From contig JAFXGD010000001.1 of NCBI GenBank assembly GCA_017513285.1, forward strand, positions 1 through 48,539: DNA of 48,539 nt, in the 5' to 3' direction. The position numbers were made by a program, and so were the translations under genes. Below the pieces are notes generated by a model. The model saw only the letters and a program-made list of their open reading frames with translations, was not told the origin of the DNA and ran no database searches. Below are positions 40,596 through 48,539 of this stretch, piece after piece; the first letter of the stretch is position 1, and each line of letters begins with the position of its first letter. This DNA is from Alphaproteobacteria bacterium. GTDB lineage: Bacteria > Pseudomonadota > Alphaproteobacteria > Rs-D84.

Positions 40596-40611
40596 CCGGG
40601 CGGATTCCCGG
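40596..40611 (+). promoter_or_regulatory. Leader stem-loop CCGGG-CGGATT-CCCGG
   Basis: Identical to 2100..2115. Confidence 0.55.
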
Positions 40612-40618
40612 AACTGTT

Positions 40619-41056
40619 ATGCGATTCAAGATTGACGAAAATTTGAACCGGGTTGCGGCCGCCAAGGCGGCCCGACCGGAAACCGTGGCGGTCGAACTTT
40701 TGGCCGCGTTGGTTGATGCGGGAATGATTGAGGACCCGAACGACAATTGGGGCGAATCCGTGTTGATTGCGACCGGCCCGCAATACGTTTCCGATGTTTG
40801 CGCCGTTTTGGCCGAATACCTGTACGACGACGAAACCCGTTCCATCCCGGCCGACGTGTTCGACGCGTTTTGCGCCCTTACAATCGTGGGCGACGGCGAT
40901 TGCCCGCATTGCGGCGGCGAATTGGAATTTGTCGAAACAGAGGGCCACGAACTGAATGATGGCGATTATTACACGCCAAATTCATACGTCGTTGATAATT
41001 ACGTTTATCGTTGCGCCGAATGTGGCGAATACATTAAAACACCAAATGAATTATGA
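40619..41056 (+). CDS. acidic protein with a C-terminal zinc ribbon (145 aa)
   Basis: Many D/E residues. CPHCGG...(31 aa)...CAECG. Confidence 0.7.
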   Translation: MRFKIDENLNRVAAAKAARPETVAVELLAALVDAGMIEDPNDNWGESVLIATGPQYVSDVCAVLAEYLYDDETRSIPADVFDAFCALTIVGDGDCPHCGGELEFVETEGHELNDGDYYTPNSYVVDNYVYRCAECGEYIKTPNEL

Positions 41057-41283
41057 TGCGAATTGAACAAGCGATTGCCCGCGCAAAGGAACAGGGCAAC
41101 AAAGTGTTGAAAAAAGACATTGCCGCCCGGTTGTGGCCCGATTCCACGCCGGTTGCACAACAGGTTAATTTTACCCGTCTTTGCGCCGGGAAAACCCCGC
41201 GCATTTACGAAGAATGGGTTAAAATCATTTGCGAAATGACCGGTTGCACGGCCGATTTTCTGTTTGGACTTTCAAACGAATAA
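41053..41283 (+). CDS. small helix-turn-helix (XRE/Cro-like) transcriptional regulator
   Basis: LKKDIAARLWPDS.PVAQQVNFTRLCAG......WVKIICEMTGCTADFLFGL has the typical HTH_3 layout. Confidence 0.55.
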   Translation: MMRIEQAIARAKEQGNKVLKKDIAARLWPDSTPVAQQVNFTRLCAGKTPRIYEEWVKIICEMTGCTADFLFGLSNE

Positions 41284-41287
41284 CGAT

Positions 41288-41449
41288 ATGGAAAAGGTAA
41301 ATTTGTTTTGGGCCATTATTTGGTCGGTTATGGCGGTTTTGTGCTTTGTAGCCATTTTTTGGAATCCGTCGCATTTCTTTACGCTTGCCATTTCCGTTGT
41401 CTTTGCGGCGATGTTTTGGCACGATTACAGGAAAACGAAAGGTATGTAA
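41288..41449 (+). CDS. small membrane protein (53 aa, 2 TM segments)
   Basis: MEKVNLFWAIIWSVMAVLCFVAIFW...FFTLAISVVFAAMFW. Confidence 0.5.
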   Translation: MEKVNLFWAIIWSVMAVLCFVAIFWNPSHFFTLAISVVFAAMFWHDYRKTKGM

Positions 41450-41467
41450 TTTTTAACAGGCGATACA

Positions 41468-42718
41468 ATGAAAGAAGAAAAGACAATTGACCCGGCGTTG
41501 GCCGCATTGGTCGAACCCGAACAGGAACAGGCAAAGGAAATCGAGCCCGGAATGACCGTTGAGGAAATCCGCGCCGTATATTTCAACGCCGACGCATTGA
41601 AAGAACCCGCGTACCGTGTGTTCCAACTTAATTCCGACGGGTATAGGTATTATTACCGGTTCAACGAAGCCGGGGAACCCGAATTTTTCCCGTCCGTCAC
41701 GACGTTGTTAAAACAGGTTATGCCGACGCCGCCCGCCCTGTTGGATTGGATGATTGCGAACGGCAAGGATGGTTCCGTGGAAAAGCGGGATTTGGCCGCC
41801 GCATACGGAACGTTTATGCACATCCAATTCGAAACGTTGGTAATCAACCGGCGTTACGACTTTGATTCCGTCCCGGCGGTCCTGTTGGGTTATATGGAAC
41901 GGGAAAATTTGCCCGAAAAGGTATTTGCCGAATGGTTGCCGAAAATCCGCAAGGATGTGTTGGCGTTCGCCCAATTCGTCCGGGATTACAACGTAAAGCC
42001 CTTGGCAATCGAAATCGGGTTGGTCCATCCCAAATACAATTACGCCGGTTGCATTGATTTGCCGTGCCTAATGACCGACCCGAAAAGCGGGAAACAGTTT
42101 ACCGCAATCGTGGATTTCAAAAGCGGCCGGAAAGGGTTTTACGAAGAACACGAATTGCAATTGCATTTGTACCGGGAAATGTGGAACGTCAATTACCCGG
42201 AAACCCCGGTTGCCCGCGTGTTCAACTTTTCGCCCAAGGATTGGCGGACGAAACCCACGTACAATTTGAAAGACCAAACCGATTCCGTGAACGCCCGGAA
42301 ATTGCCATACCTGTTGGCCCTTGCATCCATTGAGGACGAAAAGCGGGATAACACGTTGACGATTGTACGCGGCGTTTTGGACCTTGACAACGGAAAGATT
42401 GCCGACAACATCTTGACGTTATCATTGGCCGACCTTATCAAGACGAAATCGGCCGAAAAGGACGCCCCGGAACAGGCGGCAAAAGCACCGGAAACGACGG
42501 ATGAACCGGAACCGCCCAAGAAAGGCCGTAAAAGGGCCGTAAAAGCGACGAAAGAACACGAACCGATAAATTCCCCGTCCGAACCGGGAAAGCCCGTTAA
42601 AACGGAAATTGACGAAAAATTACCGTGGGAACAGGAACCCGAACCGGCCAAGCCCGCCGGACCGACGCCGGAACAGGCGGCCAAGGATAATTTGTTAAAC
42701 GACGAAATCGAATTGTAA
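41468..42718 (+). CDS. PD-(D/E)XK-family nuclease with an acidic, Pro-rich C-terminal extension
   Basis: YAGCIDL...TAIVDFKSG...EHELQLHLY fits a D...(D/E)xK core. Confidence 0.55.
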   Translation: MKEEKTIDPALAALVEPEQEQAKEIEPGMTVEEIRAVYFNADALKEPAYRVFQLNSDGYRYYYRFNEAGEPEFFPSVTTLLKQVMPTPPALLDWMIANGKDGSVEKRDLAAAYGTFMHIQFETLVINRRYDFDSVPAVLLGYMERENLPEKVFAEWLPKIRKDVLAFAQFVRDYNVKPLAIEIGLVHPKYNYAGCIDLPCLMTDPKSGKQFTAIVDFKSGRKGFYEEHELQLHLYREMWNVNYPETPVARVFNFSPKDWRTKPTYNLKDQTDSVNARKLPYLLALASIEDEKRDNTLTIVRGVLDLDNGKIADNILTLSLADLIKTKSAEKDAPEQAAKAPETTDEPEPPKKGRKRAVKATKEHEPINSPSEPGKPVKTEIDEKLPWEQEPEPAKPAGPTPEQAAKDNLLNDEIEL

Positions 42719-42719
42719 G

Positions 42720-43430
42720 ATGGGCGGAAGAATTTACAGAAACGAACAGACGGCGGCCGATATTTTGGGATTGCCCGAAATTGGCCGGTTACATATTGGG
42801 ATGAAGAACGAACGCGGGTTGCCGCAATCCATTGATTGGTTCCGGGCGACCGGGAAATATGCGGAACTATTCGCAAAGGCGTTCGGGGAACGGCCGAACA
42901 CAATTCAAGTTGTTTTCCCGTCTGACAATGCCGAAATATCGTGCAACGAACGTTTCGTTTACCGTGACGATAAGGGCGCGTTGGTTGCCCGGGGCGATGG
43001 TCGTATTTTCGAAATATGGGATGGCAAGAAATATGCGCCGTATTCCGTCGAAAATTACCCGGATATTTGGGACCAAATCATACGAAACAATCCCACGAAA
43101 CGCGGCGCGGATAATTGGGACGTCGAATTGACATTGCGGTTTATCGTTCCGGCGATTCGTGGCGTTGTTGGGGTTTGGGTTTTGAATACCAAGGGCCGGG
43201 CGTCAAGCGTCAAAAATTTGCGGGATTCGTTCGATTCAGTACAGGCAATGCGCGGGACCGTTACAACGTCCGTTTTCGATTTGTCGGTACATTTCCACAA
43301 ATCAAACAAGCCCAACCAAAATTCCCGTTATCCTGTATTGGAATTGGTATGCAACGATAATCGTATTGGAGAAATACGGGAATTACTAAAACCCGAAAAT
43401 TCAACGAAAAATTTGCTTTTACCGGGATAA
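42720..43430 (+). CDS. hypothetical replication/recombination-module protein (236 aa)
   Basis: ORF track. From memory, LPEIGRLHIGMK...IDWFR resembles the phiC31 gp3-like (RDF-like) phage family; this is unverified. Confidence 0.6.
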   Translation: MGGRIYRNEQTAADILGLPEIGRLHIGMKNERGLPQSIDWFRATGKYAELFAKAFGERPNTIQVVFPSDNAEISCNERFVYRDDKGALVARGDGRIFEIWDGKKYAPYSVENYPDIWDQIIRNNPTKRGADNWDVELTLRFIVPAIRGVVGVWVLNTKGRASSVKNLRDSFDSVQAMRGTVTTSVFDLSVHFHKSNKPNQNSRYPVLELVCNDNRIGEIRELLKPENSTKNLLLPG

Positions 43431-43442
43431 ACCGTATATTTG
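43412..43442 (+). promoter_or_regulatory. Bacteroidota-type promoter (TTTG 43412..43415, TATATTTG 43435..43442, 19-nt spacer)
   Basis: Read directly. Followed by the inverted repeat AACGTTC-N6-GAACGTT (43450..43469). Confidence 0.65.
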
Positions 43443-43548
43443 CATCAACAACGTTCGTGGCGGAACGTTATACGGGAAAGATAATGCCCGGGTGCAAGTA
43501 ATTTGGTTTCCGCCACAACCATTTGAAAGCCCCGGGCGTTTTTTTGTT

Positions 43549-44343
43549 ATGACGTATAATTTGAACATTGACCAAGAATTTGCAATTGTCAATGACCTTT
43601 CGTTGGTACAGGTTTCGACGTTGGCGGCCTTTATGACGTTGCCGATATGGACCAAGACGGTTGCAATTGACGGGTTCGTTTGGTATCAATATTCCGACGA
43701 AAAGATGGCCGACGATTTCCCGTTACTGTTCGGCGTGGCGAAAAGATGTTACAAGAACATTTCCGAATTGGCCGCGTTGGGATTCGTTGAATTAACCAAG
43801 TTGGGACGCACGAAATACGTTCGGTTCACGAACCGTTGTTCCGATTGGGGAAAGCAAAAAGAACAAATCCGGTCCAACGGTCCGAAAACGGACCAAGAAC
43901 AGACCGAAACCGGACCGGCAATTGGTCCGAAAACGGACCCGGTTAATATAGACTATAACATTAACAATCCGAACATTGAAGATAAAGCCGCCGACGGCGG
44001 TTTGTTCCCGACCGAACCGGCATTTGAAACGGTTACAGTTACCCGGCCGCGCCGGACCGCCGAACCGGCCGCGTGTCTGTTCGAAAATTCCCGGTTCGCT
44101 GATTACAATACATTTGCAAATGAATTTAACCGGCCGGAATTTTTCGGAATTGATATTATCTATTATTACCACGCCGTCGCGGATTGGTCCGCGCAAAAGG
44201 GCAAGAAAATGAAAGATTGGATTGCAACGGCGCGGAATTTCATTCGGGGCGATATGGAAAAGGGCAAGTTGCACCGTAAAAGCGGGACCGGCCCGGGATT
44301 GTCGCCCGATGCGTTGAAATACTTGCAAGATATGGCCGATTAA
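43549..44343 (+). CDS. replication-organiser-like protein (winged-helix N-terminus), 264 aa
   Basis: ATG at 43549 lies downstream of the promoter. The call rests on KRCYKNISELAALGFVELTKLGRTKYVRFT (wHTH-like) and position, so it is weak. Confidence 0.4.
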   Translation: MTYNLNIDQEFAIVNDLSLVQVSTLAAFMTLPIWTKTVAIDGFVWYQYSDEKMADDFPLLFGVAKRCYKNISELAALGFVELTKLGRTKYVRFTNRCSDWGKQKEQIRSNGPKTDQEQTETGPAIGPKTDPVNIDYNINNPNIEDKAADGGLFPTEPAFETVTVTRPRRTAEPAACLFENSRFADYNTFANEFNRPEFFGIDIIYYYHAVADWSAQKGKKMKDWIATARNFIRGDMEKGKLHRKSGTGPGLSPDALKYLQDMAD

Positions 44344-44346
44344 GCG

Positions 44347-45246
44347 ATGGAACAGAACAACAACCAAATTGCCGTCCGGCCGGTACAGAAAACGGCCGTT
44401 ATGATACGCCGGGAAATGGTCAAGATTCCCGCCGTTATGGGCGCGTTGGGTCCTGTTGAAAAGGCCGTGTTTCTTGCGTCCACGGCGAAAACCATTGCCG
44501 AATACGACGCCGCCGAACTTGCGGCCGAACTTGCAACGGCCTTGAAATGGATTTGCAAAGATGTTGGGTACAGGTCCCCGGATGAAAGCGACCGCCAATA
44601 TTTGGTTATCCGGACCGCCGAAATACTGAAACGGTATTACGCCGGGTTGTCGTTAAAGGATTTCCGGATGGCCTTTGAAATGTCGTTGACCGGCGAATTG
44701 GACGATTTCTTGCCGCGTGGGCGCGATGGCCAACCCGACCGGAACCATTACCAACAATTCAACGCCGAATATGTGTGCAAGATTTTGAACGCGTACAAAG
44801 GCCGCCGGGCGTGGGTATTGAGGAAAGCAAACGAAGCGGTCCCGAAAGAGGAACCCAAGCGCGACCCGGCCAAAGATAGGTATTACAGGAACGAAACCCG
44901 CCGGGATTGCATCAACGCGTTCGAATCGTTCAAGGAAAACGGCCGGTTGCCCGAAATGTCGCCAATTGCCGAAATGTTGTATTACGACGAATTGGCCGCC
45001 GTGGGCCTTGCGGACAAAATCGAAATTACGTTGGCCGACCAAAAAGAAATATGGCAACGGACAATCAACGATTACGCCCGGCGCGGATATGTCGGCGACG
45101 TCCGCCGGTTAAAGGAATCGGGAACCGACGACCCGGAATTGGAACACGGTTCGTTCGTATTGGCCCGGCGCAAGGCGTTGGCCGCGACATTCCGCCGGAT
45201 GGTTGAACAGGAAATACAAATAACCGATTACATCAAATTCGAATAA
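44347..45246 (+). CDS. hypothetical replication-module protein (299 aa)
   Basis: ORF track. Confidence 0.7.
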   Translation: MEQNNNQIAVRPVQKTAVMIRREMVKIPAVMGALGPVEKAVFLASTAKTIAEYDAAELAAELATALKWICKDVGYRSPDESDRQYLVIRTAEILKRYYAGLSLKDFRMAFEMSLTGELDDFLPRGRDGQPDRNHYQQFNAEYVCKILNAYKGRRAWVLRKANEAVPKEEPKRDPAKDRYYRNETRRDCINAFESFKENGRLPEMSPIAEMLYYDELAAVGLADKIEITLADQKEIWQRTINDYARRGYVGDVRRLKESGTDDPELEHGSFVLARRKALAATFRRMVEQEIQITDYIKFE

Positions 45247-45250
45247 CAGG

Positions 45251-45820
45251 ATGGAACAGAAAATAACAATCAATTGCGTTATAGGCGTGGACCCCGGAAG
45301 CAATGGCGGAATTGCCGTTTTCATTCCCGGCCAACATACCAAGGCGTTGAAAATGCCGAAAGACATTACCGAATTGCGGGATTTCTTCGCCTATTACCGG
45401 GAAAATTACAAACCGGTCGTGTTCCTTGAAAAATTGTCGGTACGTCCGGACGACGTGGTTGTACAGGGCGACCGGGCCGCGATGGGAAAGTTGTACCGGG
45501 TTCAAAAGATGATGGCCAATTTCGAACACTTGAAAGCCCTAATTGAAACGGCCGGGATTCCGTATGTATTGGTTCATCCGGGAAAGTGGACGGCATATTT
45601 GGGTTTACGTCTTGTTCGGAAAAACGGACCAAAGGAAACGAAACAAGAAAGGAAAAACAGATATAAGAAATTTGCCCAAAAAAATTATCCGGGTATAAAC
45701 GTAACGTTGTGGAACGCGGACGCATTAAACATATTGCATTTTGGCCGTTGGGCGTTGGTCAATGAACCGAAATGGGTAAAGGCCAATTTGCCGGAACGGG
45801 AATACCAAAAGTTGTTTTAA
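45251..45820 (+). CDS. RuvC-like Holliday junction resolvase
   Basis: VIGVDPGSNGGIAVF (first catalytic Asp), VVFLEKL (Glu) and NADALNILHFG (C-terminal Asp). Confidence 0.55.
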   Translation: MEQKITINCVIGVDPGSNGGIAVFIPGQHTKALKMPKDITELRDFFAYYRENYKPVVFLEKLSVRPDDVVVQGDRAAMGKLYRVQKMMANFEHLKALIETAGIPYVLVHPGKWTAYLGLRLVRKNGPKETKQERKNRYKKFAQKNYPGINVTLWNADALNILHFGRWALVNEPKWVKANLPEREYQKLF

Positions 45821-45825
45821 TGTTA

Positions 45826-45867
45826 TTAACGTTATTAACTTAATGTTAATGAAAATGTTAACGTTAA
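45826..45867. promoter_or_regulatory. Two TTAACGTTA(A/T) palindromes 32 bp apart (45826..45835 and 45858..45867)
   Basis: Read directly, in an AT-rich stretch after the resolvase gene. Confidence 0.4.
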
Positions 45868-46028
45868 AACAATGGTTGGAAAAAAACGGTTCGGAACCGT
45901 GCGATGGTTGTTTTTACAACATACCACATCGGGCGAAATGCACGTACAAAAAAGGTTATTGCGTCCGTTATGACGAATATAAGGCCGACCAACGCCGACC
46001 GACTGTTGAACAATTGGAATTGTTTTGA
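45843..46028 (+). CDS. Cys-rich small protein (61 aa; the start could be one of three nearby ATGs)
   Basis: EPCDGCFYNIPHRAKCTYKKGYC. Confidence 0.5.
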   Translation: MLMKMLTLKQWLEKNGSEPCDGCFYNIPHRAKCTYKKGYCVRYDEYKADQRRPTVEQLELF

Positions 46029-46029
46029 A

Positions 46030-46134
46030 ATGTGCAAGTTGAAAAACGAATGTTTGGGTTGTTGGTTTTGGCACAACGGGAAATGCAATGCCGGTCCGGG
46101 CGATTATTGCCGAATACTGAAACAACGTTATTGA
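46030..46134 (+). CDS. Cys-rich mini-protein (34 aa)
   Basis: MCKLKNECLGCWFWHNGKCNAGPGDYCRILKQRY. The ATG lies 2 nt after the previous stop and the stop lies 2 nt before the next ATG. Confidence 0.4.
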   Translation: MCKLKNECLGCWFWHNGKCNAGPGDYCRILKQRY

Positions 46135-46135
46135 T

Positions 46136-46405
46136 ATGCCGACCAAAGTATTTACGACCATAACCGGCCCGTGTCCGTTCGGAAAGAACGTAACGATTGA
46201 TTCCCCGGGTTGCCGGTCGTGCGAACACTTTTACAGGACCGGAACCGGGATGTTCTTTTGGTGCAACGCCGGTTCCGAATCCGTCCCGAATATGACACGG
46301 GAAATATTGCACCCAAAACCCAAGCGTGGACGGCCACGAAAAACCGACGTCCCCGCAAAGGCCAAAAAGAAGCCCGTAAAGACACGCAAAAAGAAAAATG
46401 GATAA
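46136..46405 (+). CDS. Cys-rich small protein with a basic AT-hook-like tail (89 aa)
   Basis: GPCPFG...GCRSCEHF...FWC, then KRGRPRKTDVPAKAKKKPVKTRKKK. Confidence 0.6.
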   Translation: MPTKVFTTITGPCPFGKNVTIDSPGCRSCEHFYRTGTGMFFWCNAGSESVPNMTREILHPKPKRGRPRKTDVPAKAKKKPVKTRKKKNG

Positions 46406-46628
46406 GTTGTACCAAGACGGGACGAAATGCCCGCAAATCGAAAATTTGGAAAAAATAACGCCCGAACAGGCGGCCGAATACGTGCGTTTCGTCGCACACG
46501 TCCGGCACACGCAACGCCGGTATTTCACTTTCCGCAAACCGGAAATCTTGGATGAATCCCGGCGGTTGGAAAAAGAGTTGGACGCCCTTAACGCGCATTT
46601 GTTGGACCCAACGCCGAAATTGTTTTGA
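46398..46628 (+). CDS. hypothetical protein (copy of 199..429)
   Basis: Terminal repeat copy. Confidence 0.6.
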   Translation: MDKLYQDGTKCPQIENLEKITPEQAAEYVRFVAHVRHTQRRYFTFRKPEILDESRRLEKELDALNAHLLDPTPKLF

Positions 46629-46629
46629 T

Positions 46630-46881
46630 ATGACGAAAGAACAATGCGGCCGTTGCAAAATGTTGGATTGGATGAATACACGGACCGGCCCGAAAGACTG
46701 TTGCCGTTACTTTTATCCGCCGGAAGCGTTGGAAAACGTCGTGTGCAAACAAACCCAATACGGGTACGGTATTTTGGTTGAACCAAGTTTGAAAAAGGAT
46801 GAAAGGATTAAAACCGTTGACCGTTCCGTTGTTGGCCGTAAATCATTACGGCCCGGAACATCAAAAGCAAAAGGCCGTTGA
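46630..46881 (+). CDS. Cys-rich small protein (copy of 431..682)
   Basis: Terminal repeat copy. Confidence 0.5.
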   Translation: MTKEQCGRCKMLDWMNTRTGPKDCCRYFYPPEALENVVCKQTQYGYGILVEPSLKKDERIKTVDRSVVGRKSLRPGTSKAKGR

Positions 46882-47119
46882 AGAAATGGGCGAATTGATA
46901 ACCGCGTTGTCCCGGGAACAGGACGGCCGCGCCACGCCGGAACAGGTAATAACCGAAATCGCCGACGTTCATTTGATGTTACGCCAATTGATGGTTATTT
47001 ACGGGTTGGATGCCTGTTTGAAAGAATACGACCGGAAGCAACGCCGGTTGTTGCGCCGGATGGATAAGGAAAACGGCGGCGATTACCGAAAAGAAAAAGA
47101 CGATGGGAACAAAGGTTGA
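46799..47119 (+). CDS. mazG: MazG-like pyrophosphohydrolase (copy of 600..920)
   Basis: Terminal repeat copy. Confidence 0.6.
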   Translation: MKGLKPLTVPLLAVNHYGPEHQKQKAVEEMGELITALSREQDGRATPEQVITEIADVHLMLRQLMVIYGLDACLKEYDRKQRRLLRRMDKENGGDYRKEKDDGNKG

Positions 47120-47306
47120 CGCGTATATTGCACGGGACCCGAACGGGATTTGCCGGGTTATGGTCAAGCGGGCCAAATTCAAACATTGGTTCGAATTGGG
47201 CCAACACGGGCCGACCGACGCCGCGTTTGAACAGGCGTTGGCGGCCGGAACGGTCCGATGGAATCCGGCGATTGAGGACAAAACAAGACTTTTTCGAAAA
47301 ATTTAG
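47103..47306 (+). CDS. hypothetical protein (copy of 904..1107)
   Basis: Terminal repeat copy. Confidence 0.55.
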   Translation: MGTKVDAYIARDPNGICRVMVKRAKFKHWFELGQHGPTDAAFEQALAAGTVRWNPAIEDKTRLFRKI

Positions 47307-47315
47307 CGAAAAATG

Positions 47316-47346
47316 TTTGGAAATATAAAAATTATCCTTACCTTTG
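47316..47346 (+). promoter_or_regulatory. Bacteroidota-type promoter (copy of 1117..1147)
   Basis: Terminal repeat copy. Confidence 0.75.
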
Positions 47347-47405
47347 TATCGGGTTAAGGAAATGACCCAACCGCCCGGGCGGGTTCCCGGTTAAAGATTA
47401 AGACA

Positions 47406-47645
47406 ATGAGAACAGAAATTTTGAAACAGATGATGAACGCCAAGATTGGGGCGATTGCCGGAACGACTGTTGACGTAACCGTTTTGTCCGGACGAAAGAA
47501 AGGCGGAATTTATCTTACCGTGGAAATTGAGGGTAACAACACCAACGCCGTTTCCGCAATCGAAAATTTCTTTGGGCCGAAATTTGACGGTTCAGAATAT
47601 GACGAAGAATTGAACTATACGTATTGCGGAATCGAACTTGAATAA
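47406..47645 (+). CDS. hypothetical early protein (copy of 1207..1446)
   Basis: Terminal repeat copy. Confidence 0.7.
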   Translation: MRTEILKQMMNAKIGAIAGTTVDVTVLSGRKKGGIYLTVEIEGNNTNAVSAIENFFGPKFDGSEYDEELNYTYCGIELE

Positions 47646-47652
47646 CAGGAAT

Positions 47653-47723
47653 TGCGCCGTGGTGTAATGGTAACACCCAAGTTTTTGGCACTTGTATTCC
47701 CCGTTCGAATCGGGGCGGCGCAA
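47653..47723 (+). tRNA. tRNA-Gln (TTG), copy of 1454..1524
   Basis: Terminal repeat copy. Confidence 0.85.
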
Positions 47724-47731
47724 CAAAGAAT

Positions 47732-48205
47732 ATGAATAGAAAATACAAAAATACCGACGCGGAATTTATCGAAGCCGCCGCGCAATCAAAGAGTATTGCG
47801 GAAATGTGCCGCCGTCTTGGACGGTCGCAATTTGGCGGTTCATATAAGATTATCCACGCGAAAATACGGGAATTGAACATTGACATTTCCCATTTCACGG
47901 GTTCTGTATGGAATAAGGGTAAAACGGGCGGCGTTGGTCCCCGTGTCCCGGACAACATCGTATTTTCGGTTAATTCGCCGTATAAGTGTTCGAATAACTT
48001 GCGTAACCGGTTGTTTGTCGGCGGATATAAGGAAAGGAAATGCGAAATTTGCGGTAATACTGAATGGAACGGAAAACCGATTCCGTTACAGGTCTACCAC
48101 ATTAACGGGATAAACACGGATAACCGTTTGGAAAACTTGCAAATCCTTTGTCCGAATTGCCACGCACAAACGGAAACATACGCCGGAAAGAATAGTAAAA
48201 AATAA
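47732..48205 (+). CDS. HNH homing endonuclease (copy of 1533..2006)
   Basis: Terminal repeat copy. Confidence 0.85.
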   Translation: MNRKYKNTDAEFIEAAAQSKSIAEMCRRLGRSQFGGSYKIIHAKIRELNIDISHFTGSVWNKGKTGGVGPRVPDNIVFSVNSPYKCSNNLRNRLFVGGYKERKCEICGNTEWNGKPIPLQVYHINGINTDNRLENLQILCPNCHAQTETYAGKNSKK

Positions 48206-48206
48206 T

Positions 48207-48289
48207 GGCCCTTTGGCGAAATTGGGATACGCGCAAAACTCAAAATTTTGTACCTTAACGGTGTGCCGGTTCGATTCCGGCAAGGGCCA
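48207..48289 (+). tRNA. tRNA-Leu (CAA), copy of 2008..2090
   Basis: Terminal repeat copy. Confidence 0.85.
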
Positions 48290-48345
48290 CAAAACCGACC
48301 GGGCGGATTCCCGGGATGTTAAACCAATAAACAGGCGATACAATT

Positions 48346-48539
48346 ATGTACATCAAGAAATTGGAACTTTTGAATTTCCAAGTAATTGAGAAATTCGACG
48401 CCGACTTTGACGGAACGGTTTATTTCGTGACCGGCGACAACGAATTGGGTAAATCCACGTTGTTAAAAGCAATCGGCGCATTGTTGACCGGCCAACGCGA
48501 CGACGTGTTGCGCAACGGCGCATCCAAGGGTTTTGCCAA
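48346..48539 (+). CDS. 5' fragment of the SMC/Rad50-like ATPase (copy of 2147..2340, cut by the window end)
   Basis: Terminal repeat copy. Confidence 0.7.
   Translation, partial: MYIKKLELLNFQVIEKFDADFDGTVYFVTGDNELGKSTLLKAIGALLTGQRDDVLRNGASKGFA

Larger units (their letters stand above)
46200..48539. repeat. Terminal direct repeat, copy B (equals 1..2340)
   Basis: Same as copy A. The left edge lies inside ORF 46136..46405 and the right edge inside the ATPase gene. Confidence 0.97.

Noticed and set aside
41053-41283. A lysogeny module (repressor/Cro switch) implying a temperate lifestyle.
   Set aside because: No integrase, excisionase, partition or attP-like feature was found. A single small HTH gene and one divergent small ORF are insufficient evidence, so lifestyle is left open.

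Overview
The window is a complete tailed-phage (siphovirus-like) genome of about 46.2 kb. The first 2,340 bp (1..2340) are repeated exactly at the end (46200..48539), so the unique unit is 46,199 bp. Both repeat edges fall inside ORFs, which suggests an assembly or circular-permutation overlap rather than physical terminal repeats. All genes but one are on the + strand.

Modules in order:
- Small early proteins, a MazG-like gene, and a tRNA-Gln / HNH / tRNA-Leu cluster.
- DNA metabolism: SMC/Rad50-like ATPase, DEDDh exonuclease, SSB and an ASCH-like protein.
- Packaging and head: TerS, TerL, candidate portal, scaffold and major capsid protein.
- Tail: 1205-aa tape measure, then 850-aa and 291-aa tail proteins, then an 888-aa fibre with three tandem repeats and a C-terminal SGNH esterase.
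- Lysis: membrane protein, amidase, HExxH membrane protein and a spanin-like protein.
- An early region (36.4-41.5 kb) built from promoter-leader-small-ORF cassettes.
- Replication and recombination: PD-(D/E)XK nuclease, replication-organiser-like protein and a RuvC-like resolvase.

Promoters match the Bacteroidota consensus (-33 TTTG, 19-nt spacer, -7 TAnnTTTG), so I infer a Bacteroidota host. No integrase, DNA polymerase, helicase, primase, CRISPR array or rRNA was recognised.

Most interesting observations:
- A roughly 100-nt structured leader with compensatory base changes sits upstream of two paralogous HNH homing-endonuclease genes.
- A 16-nt stem-loop with covarying stem pairs occurs in six 5' leaders.
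- There are seven HNH genes.
- The two phage tRNAs match the dominant Leu (TTG) and Gln (CAA) codons.
- GATC appears to be absent.
- One short antisense unit (47-aa ORF plus a possible sRNA) is divergent from an early promoter.
- Phased T-tract/GC 10-11-bp repeat arrays occur at four intergenic loci.
- TTAACGTTAA-type palindromes lie next to promoters.
- A shared pre-ATG motif precedes three nuclease/recombination genes.
- One early operon has an acr-aca-like layout.

All functional calls come from motifs read by eye; no database search was possible.
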